Source: Paraspadella gotoi
Taxonomy: Eukaryota; Animalia; Chaetognatha
Reading direction: 5' to 3'
Assembly: GCA_051294375.1 (NCBI GenBank)
Contig: CM119265.1
Coordinates: 2,208,311-2,272,310 of the forward strand
Length of the DNA: 64,000 bases
The notes beneath the pieces are model-generated. The model was not told the DNA's origin and did no database searches. It saw only the letters and a program-made list of their open reading frames with translations. Each line of letters begins with the position of its first letter. Within the stretch, counting starts at the first letter, position 1. This document shows, piece by piece, positions 53,367 to 64,000 of the stretch. The translations under genes and the position numbers were made by a program.

Positions 53367-54546
53367 TGTAGTCTTGAACCCCAGATTCCCTGGCCATCAT
53401 CGATTCTGGCCAGCGTGTGGCCATATTGAATCTTTATTTATTCCATGCTTAGAAACCTTCTATCATTAATCACAACTTTTGTTGTAATAGACAAAAGATC
53501 AACCTAGTTAAATGGTCAGCTGATGTCCAACCATTTTTAATTCTATTTGTTTTAAACTTGAAACATCTAAAAGGAGATCAATTAATGGAACAAGCTCATT
53601 AATCATTTATTATCGTTAATGAATAACTCTTTTATTTATTGTTTAATTAATTGATTAATTAATTGCTTTTATTGCATTGTTGTTTGCATATAGATATTAC
53701 TATAGCCTATGGAATATCTATATGCTTTGATTATTTTATTAAGGTTTATTTTATTAACTAACCAAGCAAGTTGGTTATCTTCATTCTAAGTCTCGAACTT
53801 TAATTAACATTAATTGACGTCACTAGCGCAAACATCAGCGCCACTTCCGCTCAATTCCTGCAGACGATAGATGGCATTTCAGAAACCGTTGTACTTCAAT
53901 TCACGCTGAACACCCTATAATGCGATCAGCCCAACACCCTGTAATGCAATCAGCCGAACACCCTGTAATGCGATCAGCCTAACACTTTGTCGTTGAATTT
54001 TGAAAAGAAATTCAGTCGAACGAATCAGAGCGAAGAAATAAAAATAGGAAGAAAAGAGAATAGAGAAGAGAAATAGAAAAGTAGGAAGCGGGGAGTGGAT
54101 TAGAAAAGGGGGGTAATAATTAAATGTAATATTATTAAATTGAAAAAAAAAAAGTTAAATTTGTAGCGCCGCCGTCTAGCGGACGGATCATTTGTTTTTA
54201 ACCAGCCTCACTTTAAACCTCATTTGCATATTATTTTTCATTTCATGAAAAGCGGGTCTTAATGTCTGGTTACATCCAACCTTATTGTGGTTAGTCCTAA
54301 ATACGTTAAGGGTAGAATTATAACGTTAGAGTTAGAATGAGAAGATAAAAAATCTCCGAATAATCTTTGGGAATTCGATGGAGTGAGGTGGTAAGAAAAT
54401 GATGCAGTAGGATGTGGGTTGGTGGTGCTGTATTAAAGTGGATGGAGGATGTGATTTAAGGGTGGTGAGTGGAGACGGGGTATGTTCACGGGAGTGAGTC
54501 GTCACGGGTGAGATGGTGAGGAAATGAAGTCGTGCGCGGAGGAATG

Positions 54547-54635
<89 letters not shown>

Positions 54636-54802
54636 CTGAGGGAAGGAGGGGGGGGAGAGCGCAGGCGTGAAAGTTCCTGGGCCTGCCTGGCGTCTTAAAA
54701 TGGCAAAAAATGGAAACAGGCCAGACAGGCGTGAAAATGACAGGTGCCTTGAAATGGCTAAAGGGGGAACAAGCGAGAAACGAGATAATGTATAGAAAAT
54801 GT

Positions 54803-55050
54803 ATTCAATCATTCACTCAATTCATTAATTTATTCATTCCTTTAAATCATTCACTCTATTCCATTCACTTAATTCAAGTCATTCGTTAAATTCAATTCAT
54901 TCTCTCAATTCATTGATTTACTCATTCATTCATTCATTCATAAAATTAATAATTCATTTATTCATTTAATTCATTTCATTAAATTCAATTCATCCAATTC
55001 ATACAATTCAATTCATACAATTCAATTCATTCAATTCAATTCATTCATTC
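54803..55050. repeat. Degenerate (ATTC)n/(ATTCA)n repeat
   Basis: Directly visible; duplicate at ~63372-63622. Confidence 0.9.
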
Positions 55051-55055
55051 GATAG

Positions 55056-55110
55056 CATTTGGTCTCGCGAAGTATAAAGCAACCATGGATTTCCCTCCAA
55101 AATTTCCGAT
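55056..55110 (+). CDS. Candidate small exon (duplicate at 63629-63686)
   Basis: Acceptor TTCGATAG|. The two-copy consensus reads xFGLGSIKQPWISLKLSD. The donor (GAT|GTCTTT) is weak. Confidence 0.25.
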
Positions 55111-55206
55111 GTCTTTTTGCATAATTCATTCGCTTTTTCATTCATAATTCATTCATTCCAAAGTGGATCGTCAAAATTCTCGAAGTGGTTCATCTTTTAA
55201 CCACAG

Positions 55207-55259
55207 GCGTCGCTGGTCGTCCCCATCACTAGAGGAGGTGTACGATAAAATCATTGAGG
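55207..55259 (+). CDS. Candidate small exon (duplicate at 63782-63836)
   Basis: Acceptor CTTTTAACCACAG|. The 51-nt two-copy consensus reads ASLVVPITEEVYDKIIE with G/C-rich third positions in an AT-rich context. Donor GAG|GTAGTG. Confidence 0.35.
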
Positions 55260-56444
55260 GTAGTGAAATGTAATAAACTAATTGGTATACTGAGTTTAGA
55301 TCGTGAATATTTGTATTTATAGTATTTGATAAAGTGTTGAAAAAATACCCTTCGTTGTTCCAATTAATATTTTGTAATAAGATAATCTTACTACGAGGAC
55401 ATAAATGAAAATTTCTTTTTTTTAATAAAATGTCTTTTTTATATGAAAGTTGCAAAATTACTTGTTTCACTACCTTTATTTTATATTTTTTAGATTTAAA
55501 ATATAATTATTTAAACTTAATTGATTGAGGGTTTAATTTTTTTAAGTAGAAAAAATAATTATATATCAAACTTGGAATTTTTATGAACGTTAGTCTCAGT
55601 TTTTGACAGTTATCTTTTAAAACTTTTAAACCTTTTAAAACCATGTATTNNNNNNNNNNNNNNNNNNNNNNNNNCGAGGGAAGACGATTAAACTCAAGGC
55701 GACAATTAAAGCGGGTTCACACTGGTTCTTGTCACAAGCAGACCTCGCGCACAGCTTCGGCGGACTCCAAAAGAATTCTTGCAGAGAGAGAGAGGAGGAG
55801 AGAGAGAGATCTCGAGAGAGAGAGAGAGACGACGAGAGAGAGAGAGAGAGAGCGAGTGCTCGTTGAAAACGAGAGGAGGACGAGGTTGAGAAAAGGGAAA
55901 ATTTGGAAAAAGTAAAGTGACAAAAGTGGAACAGAAACACGTGGAAAAATAAGAAAGAAAATAAAGAAAAAAATGGAAAAAAATAAAAAAATAGAGAATA
56001 ATAGATCGCCACTGTAATAAGGACAAAAAAAGAGGAGAAAAAGGAAAAGGAAAAAAATGGCTAGTTTTTGAATAGAAAGAAGTAACCCGAGAAACAGAAA
56101 GAGCGCCGAATGAGAAAAATGGACACACTTGGTGGGGCATACAGTTTGCATACATAGAACGGAGGCTGACATACAAAAAGACAGCACACAAAATACAAAA
56201 CAAAAGCGGCTATAATATTTTGGCGCTATAGAATTCTAGAAAAAAATATCCAGACTTTAAAAAATATAACATAAAGCGAGCAGAAAATAAAATCATTGGA
56301 GGACTAAAATTATTTTAGAATTTATTTTACCGAAAAATTAAAAAAAACGTAAAAAAGTCTACTTTTTTAAAACTTTTTACCAAAAAAAATAACTGAGAAG
56401 GAGAACGAATTGCCGGCGAATTAGAAGTAAAAAAAGAAGAAAAA

Positions 56445-56445
56445 A

Positions 56446-56501
<56 letters not shown>

Positions 56502-56502
56502 A
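56445..56502. repeat. (AAAG)n tetranucleotide microsatellite
   Basis: Directly visible. Confidence 0.95.
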
Positions 56503-57525
56503 AAAAGTTTTCGTGCCCTCGGTTTCCTGTTCGGCGAGCGTTAATCCAATTTGCATAATATAATTCGATTTGGGTTTTCCGATTATTTTGGTTAGGGTAG
56601 TTTTTTTTTTTTATTATTTGGGAGTGGTTTTCGAAGGGTGGCTTTGGGCTCAGTTAAAATACACGGTTAGAATTTTTAGTAGGTTCTCCAGTCGGAAATT
56701 AAATGTAAAAAGCTATCAAAGGAACGTTTATTATTTTAGAATAAACATCCATTTAAGAGATATTAAATTTAAGTTGTTTTTGAAACTGAAGAGAAAAAAA
56801 AAATTTAGTAACGAAATGAANNNNNNNNNNNNNNNNNNNNNNNNNACAAGCCAGAGAGATATAACCGGCAAAATACAGAATTCGCCATCGATACAAAAAT
56901 GTGAAGAATTTCGTTTTCACTGTGATGGTTGTGCTATTGGAAGTGAAGAAAGGGGAAATGTTATCTGCTGTGCGTCTGCCATTGAGATAAAATGTGATGT
57001 GAACTGTGATGTAGAATGTATGTGAATGTTAATGTGAATATGAAAGTCTGTTTTCACGATTAAGATTTCGGTTTTGTTAGGTTGAGCGTTTTCAAGTGAA
57101 TGAAAAGAATGAATGGATACTCGTCTTTTGAAATTACCTCCATACACTCTTACAAGAATATTGACATAGCAGGTCCCCTCAAGACCTCTCACAGTGTAGT
57201 ATATTCACTTCCTAATACCTGACTTTCCTATCAATGAATGTTAAAAATATTTGTATAATTGTATAAATCGTATAAAATGACATTCCCTTAAGTATTAGTT
57301 CGGGAAAATACCATATTAAATACTCCGCACTAGCATCAAATATACAAAGGAGCTGAATTTCATCGAAATTGGAACAGAATATAAGATTTATTAATTAATA
57401 TTTCATATTTATTTGGATTATTAAATATTATCATCATCTGTATTAATTTAAACCAAAGTCGCCGCCCGTGGAATCGAACTCGCGCTTACGTCGTCGTCGT
57501 CGTGTCGTCAATGAATTACGTTTGT

Positions 57526-57565
<40 letters not shown>

Positions 57566-58330
57566 GTCTTTTGTTTTTATTTGTCCTTTTTTTTTGATCA
57601 ACGTGACTAATTTCTCCGTCGCGGACTTTGGACAGAAAGGAATCCAATGCCAGACTCATCAAAAACCATGGATGGTTGTGGGCGACGGGTTAAAGTCAGA
57701 GGAACTTAGTTTTTTTTTAGTTGCGCCGCGAGTTACACTTTTCTGTCTGTCTGTCCGTCGGTCCGTCCTCTTACGTTAAAAAAGGTTCTCATTTGTTACG
57801 AAAGGAAAAAAAACCTGCAGATATAAGTGACTGCTAAGCGCCACCTTCAGGAATCAAAGAATAAAAGAGGGGCGAAGAGAGTCACTGCGGCGCAACACAC
57901 ATTTGAATTAACGTTCTTGTTTTTCTCATCTTGCATTGAATGGAATCGATCGGAGATTGTTCTTTCACTGATGTCTCCAATTGGAATGTAGATCTAAAAG
58001 TTTCGAATCTATGCTGTTTTCCTCTAAAAACAATATTCTAAAAATGTCGTCAGCCTATTGTTAATTTTTTATTCATTCTGTTAATTTAATATTTTAACTT
58101 TTGATAAGAGAGAGAGTCAACCAGAGAAATAAGGAAAAAAAAAAAAAGAGAAGAGGAGAGAGAGAGAAGAGAGAGAGAGCGAGAGAGCGGAGAGCGAGAG
58201 AGAGTTATCAAGATCTGAACTTTTTTTCTGTGTTCATTGGGGCGGAGAGAAAGATGGGACTATTGGAAATACCCAACATGAAAATTGAGGGAGAAGAGAA
58301 ATTCTGGACGAGAGAGAGAGAGGCAGAGAG

Positions 58331-58365
<35 letters not shown>

Positions 58366-58920
58366 AGAGAGAAGAGAGAGAGAGAGAAAACCAGTGTTAT
58401 CATCCCAACCCAGTAGTAAAAAGTCAGAGGAGAAAAACAAAATAAAGGCAAAAAAAAAAAGCAAAAAAAAGCAAAAAGGTAAAAAACGACGAGAAAATAA
58501 AGCACAGAGTTGGTCTACGGTCCCGGCCGCAGACTTCCATTCGAAACCGACATTCTCTCTCTCTCTTCTCTCTCGCTTCGATGAATTCATACATGAGACC
58601 TCCCCTCCCTTCTTTCTCTGCTTTTTTTTTTGCCCCTGCAATCAAAAATTCAGAGCGAGAGTAGCATTTTGTTGCTTTCTGGCAGTCTCTCTCTCAACTC
58701 TCTCTCTCTTCTTGCTCATTCCTCTCTGCTCTCTCTCTCTCTCTCTTCTCCTCTCCCTCTCTCCGTCTGGGCTATTCCCAACCACCGAGGATGCCTACTT
58801 TCGTGATGTGGCTACGAAAATTTCCCGGAATATTTTAGAAATAAAAACGAAGAAATAATAAAACGAGAAGCACGAGAGAGAAAGCAAATCTAACGAGTAA
58901 AGGAGGAATAAAAGGGAAGC

Positions 58921-58974
<54 letters not shown>

Positions 58975-59043
58975 AGAAGGCAGAGAAAGAAAGAAATAAA
59001 GAGAACAAATGGATAGAAAAGATACAATGAAGAAAAGAGAGAA

Positions 59044-59076
<33 letters not shown>

Positions 59077-59255
59077 GAGAGAGAGAGAAAGAAGGAGAGA
59101 GAGGAGAGAGAGAAGAGAGAGATATAAAAAGAATCTCTCTGCAGCGCTGACCAAATGGGCCTCAGCCTGCAGAGGCAAGGAAAAGGCTCAAACTCACCTT
59201 TTTGATCAATTTCCAGACCAATTCTGGCCTCTGCGCATTCTGTCCTGGTCTGGCG

Positions 59256-59295
<40 letters not shown>

Positions 59296-59962
59296 CTCCT
59301 CTCTCTCTCTCTCTTCTTCTCTTCTCTCACATTCAGTACTCGCCACGCGCAAAATCTCTTTCCAAGGAATTTGTTGATTTTTTTTCGAGAATAAAAAAGG
59401 AAATAAAAAAAAAAAAGCAAGAGATTTTAAACGACAGGCCGCTTCTTCCGGGGAAAAAACCCTGCGCCTCTGATTGGTCCGATTCCCTCGGTGCCGACTC
59501 GACGTCGATTGGTCGAAGCGAAAGGCGAACGCTGATTGGTCGTCTACCAGAGAGGGTGACGTCAGGAAGGCGCGAGTCTCAACGAAAATTACACTTAGGG
59601 AAGAATGAAAGGAGATCTGGTAATTTGATAAGGGAAACTAGAGCGATAGAGAGAGAGAGAGATGGAGGGAGACAGAGAGGTTGGGAGAGGGAGAGGGAGA
59701 CAGAAACAAAAAACAATTTTTATAGTAGAATTAGATACGCACGACCTTTGCGAAAAAGAATTCGAGCTGCCTTCCAAAAAAGAACAATGATCGGCCTCAC
59801 AGATATGATGCAAAAAATAAAAATACATATTTAGTTGGATATAAAATATGTCTGATTGTTTGTAACGTCCGTTTTTTGTGGTTAATTGTGCAATCGTGGG
59901 CTGACTAATTGGCGTCAATGACATGTGGATAAATTAAAGACAGAATACATAAACGTATTATG

Positions 59963-60011
<49 letters not shown>

Positions 60012-60357
60012 GAGAGAGAGAGAGAGAAGAATGATTATGTTTTCTATGACAGAAATTGTGATCCTTTCAAGGGAGACTTAATCTCAAATGAAATAAACGT
60101 AATTTTTTTGCATTAGAAGGAAAATAGGGAGAGAGAGAAGAAGAGGAGAGGAGGGAGAGAGAGAGTGAGAGAGAGAGAGGAGAGAGGAGAGAGAGAGAGA
60201 GAGTTTTCGGAAATAATGTTCAATGATTGAATCGAGTCCAAAAAGGTCAAAAGTGAAAAAATGATTTCTTGAAAAATGTAAATTTAAAAAATGTTTTTTA
60301 AAAAAGGAAAAAACAGCGATAAGCAAATAAGGAGAGAGAGAGAGAGAGAGAGAAGAG

Positions 60358-60395
<38 letters not shown>

Positions 60396-60493
60396 AAGAA
60401 CGAGAGAGAGAGAAAAGGAGTTAGCAGAGATTGATTGCACACAGAAGCTCAACAGGGAGGAATAGAAATCGTATTACTGGGGGAAAAATCTAT

Positions 60494-60538
<45 letters not shown>

Positions 60539-63160
60539 AAAGAAATTATGGCAAGAATGAGGTCAATTAGCGATTAATTAATTTATCGATATTACGAAAA
60601 ATAAAGAAAAGCTTCCTATAAAAATAAAAAAACAGCAACATTTTAATTACAAATTAATTAAAAAATAAAGAACCACACCCCGTCAAAAGATGAGAAAAGA
60701 AAAAAAAAGTCATAAAAATTTGACTAATCTTCTCATTTGGCTAGAGAAAGAGAGAGAGAAGAGACGAGAAGAGAGAGAGAGAGAGAAGACGAGAGAGAGA
60801 GAAAAAGAAAATCTTTTATAATAGATTTTAGATGATATCTTAATTGACATCCGATACAATGAATCGTACATTGAATTAAACATTGAATTTACATTATATA
60901 AACTTATAAGAACATCAAAAGTTAAAAGATCAGCGCATACATGATTAAGATAAAATATGTAAGTAAAATTTAGAGAATGAGAAATTGAGCTCTTCATTCA
61001 TGATTGCAGGAAAATTTCTATATATATGAAAAGATTAATTTTTCACATTTTCACGAAGGTCATTGGCATTTGTTTCCTTAGTTTGTTCACCATACAATTT
61101 AAACCATTTTTTTCTGCTCGCAATTTCCAGTAAAAATTACCAGACGCGCTTGCAATGACTATTGACCTTTTTTCCATCTGGCAAAGAAGTCGGCAGGCGA
61201 ATATCAATTAAATTTAGCACGAAAATAACACGACGTAAAACGTAATCTGTTTATCCTTATCAATGCTGAAATTCTCTGCACCAACGATGATTACCCATTA
61301 CAGGCATTACCCACTGTGACAACTCCTAATACCAATGGCTCCATGCCCAATGCTGCATTACCAATGTTCACTGTGTACAACTCTAATCACCGTTAAGTGA
61401 ACAATTTTTGCTAATATTTTGTTTTTTCACATTTGATTTCGCGGGAAAAACAGATGGTTCAATGAAGTTACTTCATTAAAAAATGAAACAAGACGCTTTC
61501 ACGAAATGAATCAACAAAGACCTAATGAGACAAAACGTCTAACGATTCTAGCACATTTTGACGAAAGACACATCGAGCGCCATCTGTCCTCGCACGGCGA
61601 TCCGTCGCGATCCGTCGCCATCTAGCGGTTGGAAAATATAACAGCGAGTTATTGTGATCAACCAATGGAAGCGATCGCTTCGTGCCGATCATCCATTGAT
61701 TCAACTGTTAATCGTGATTATCTGTCTTGCAATTTATCGCTGGTCGCTATTTCATGCGCGATCGTCAATTTTAAACGCACGCCGATATGCAATCACCCTC
61801 GTAATGTGATCAGCCGAACACCCTGGTAATGCGAATCAGCTGAAACACCCCTTTAATGCGATCAGCTGAAACACCCTGTAATGCGATCAGCCCACACCCT
61901 GTAATGCGATCAGCCGAACACCCTGTAATGCGATCTGTAGTCTGAACCCCCAGATCCCTGGCCATTCATCGATTCTGGCCAGCGTGTGGCATATTGAAAT
62001 CTTATTTATTCCATGCTTAGAAACGCTTCTATCATTAATCAACAACTTTTGTTGTAATAGACAAAAGATCAACCCTAGTAAATAAGTCAGCTTTGATTCC
62101 ACCATTTTAATCTATTTGTTACTTGAAACATCTAAAGGAGATCAATTAATGGAACAAGCTCATTAATCATTTATTATCGTTTAATGAATAACTCTTTTAT
62201 TTATTGGTTTAATTAAGTTGATTATTAATTTGCTTTTATTGCATGTTTTGTTTGCATATAGATATTACTATAGCCCTAATGGAATATCTATATGCTTTGT
62301 TATTTTATTAAGGTTATTTTAATTAACTAACCAAGCAAGTGTTGGTTATCTTCATTCAAGTCTCAAACTTTTAATTAACATTTAATTGACGTCAACTGCC
62401 CCGCAAAACATCAGCGCCACTTTCCGCTCAACTTCCTGCAGACGGCATAGATGGCATTTCAGAAACCGTTGTACTCTCAATTCCGCTGAACACGCCTAAA
62501 TGCGATAGCCCAACACCTGTAATGCAATCAGCCGAACACCCTGTAAGCGATCAGCTAACACTTTGTCGTTGAAATTTTGAAAAGAAATTCAGTCGAACGA
62601 ATAAGCGAAGAAATAAAAATAGGAAGAAAGAGAATAGAGAAGAGAAATAGAAAAGTAGGAAGCGGGGGAGTGGATTAGCGAAAAGGGGGGTAATAATTTA
62701 AATGTAATATTATTAAATTGAAAAAAAAGTTAAATTTGTAGCGGCCGCGCCGTCTAGCGGACGGATCATTTTGTTTAAACCAGCCTCAACTTTAAACTCA
62801 TTTGCATATTAATTTTCTCATTTCATGAAAAAGCGGGTCCTTAAATGTCTGGTTACATCCAACCTTATTGTGGTTAGTCCTAAATAGTTAAGGGTAGAAT
62901 TATAACGTTAGAGTTAGAATGAGAGATAAAAATCTCCGAAATAATCTTTTTGGGAATTCCGAATGGAGTGAGTTGGAAGAAATGATGCAGTAGGATGTGG
63001 GTTGTGGTGCGTATTAAAGTGGATGGAGGATGTGATTTTAAGGGTGGTGATGGAGACGGGGTATGTTCACCGGGAGTGAGTCCGTCCACGGGGTGAGATG
63101 GTGAGGAAATGAAGTCGGTGCGCAGGAGGGAATGAAATGTGAGAGAGAAGAGAGGAAGAG

Positions 63161-63202
<42 letters not shown>

Positions 63203-64000
63203 CTGAGGGAAGGAGGGGGGGGACGCAAGGCGTGAAAGTCCTGGGCCTGCCTGGCGTCTTAAAATGGCAAAAAATGGAATCAGGGCCAGACAGGCGTGAA
63301 AATGACAGGTGCTTGAAATGGCTAAAAGGGGAACAAAGCGAAGAAAACGAGATAATGTATAGAAAATGTTAATTCAATCATTCACTGCATTCAATTAATT
63401 TATTCATTCCTTTAAAACATTCACTCTATTCCATTCACTTAATTCAAGTCATCGTTAAATTCAATTCATTCCTCTTCAATTCATTGATTTTACTCATTCA
63501 TTCATTAATTCATAAAATTAAATAATTATTTATTTCATTTAATTCAATTTCATTAAATTAATTCAATTCCATTATACAATCATTCAGTACAATTCCAATT
63601 CATTCAATTCAATTCATTCATTCGATAGCAAATTTGGGTCTCGGAAGTATAAAGCAACCAATGGATTTCCCGTCAAACTTTCCGATGTCTTTTGCAATAA
63701 TTCATTCGCTTTTTCAATCATAATTCATTCATTCCAAAGTGGATCGTCAAAATTCTCGAATGGTTCATCTTTTAACCACAGGCGTCGCTGGTCGTGACCC
63801 CATCACAGAGGAGGTGTACGATAACATCATTCAGAGGTAGTGAAATGTAAAACTAATCTGGTAATACCTGAGTTTAGATCGTGAATATTTTGTATTATAT
63901 AGTAATTTGATAAAGTGTTGAAAAATGACCCTTCGTGTGTTCCAATATAAGTATTTTGTAATAAGGATAATCTTTACTACCGAGGACAATAAATGAAAAT

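Larger units (their letters stand above)
48280..64000 (+). repeat. Direct duplication of ~7.1 kb (48280-55430 / 56865-64000)
   Basis: The core ~49560-51920 has identical ORFs at a constant offset of 8567 bp. The flanks are colinear with indel differences. Two 25-N gaps lie between the copies. Confidence 0.97.

Noticed and set aside
497-63372. The many 60-300 aa ORFs in the supplied track (SLSLSL, ERERER, poly-F/K/T/R/V, X runs)
   Set aside because: They are translations of microsatellites, homopolymers or N gaps. None shows a recognisable domain, and many start at non-ATG codons that are not meaningful in this eukaryotic context.
48280-64000. Giant LTR pair or recent segmental duplication
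   Set aside because: The copies are separated only by ~1.4 kb containing two 25-N gaps and no gag/pol. An exact core with indel-rich flanks fits gap-filling redundancy better.

Overview
This is eukaryotic DNA, most likely from an invertebrate animal (inferred from GT-AG splice signals, DINE-1/Helentron-like repeats, CCAAT and CTCF-like motifs, and very dense microsatellites). It is almost all intronic or intergenic. I recognise no named protein, no rRNA, no CRISPR array and no prokaryotic genes, and nearly all ORF-track entries are translations of (AG)n/(CT)n, poly-A/T, (CGT)n or N runs. The assembly is poor. It has seven gaps of exactly 25 N. Roughly a third of the window is redundant: direct duplications at ~5020-5430/9765-10280, 11230-12015/12050-12860, 12860-17130/17190-21240, 22385-23869/24240-26440, 27190-28692/30630-32200 and 48280-55430/56865-64000, plus an inverted duplication at ~34790-41333/41359-47115. 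The copies differ mainly by single-base indels, as unpolished long reads used for gap filling would. Comparing copies still reveals signals that are probably real: (1) the 3' half of a tRNA-Leu with a probable CCA, ending exactly at the anticodon loop and fused to an LTR-like segment; (2) two independent arrays of regularly spaced CCAAT boxes, one with a CRE and a perfect splice donor; (3) Helentron/DINE-1-like non-autonomous elements and a second, unclassified interspersed repeat; (4) a few small candidate exons of unidentified genes; (5) fold-back hairpins, minisatellites and CTCF-like motifs. I cannot support a new biological system here. The tRNA-half/LTR structure is the most unusual feature.
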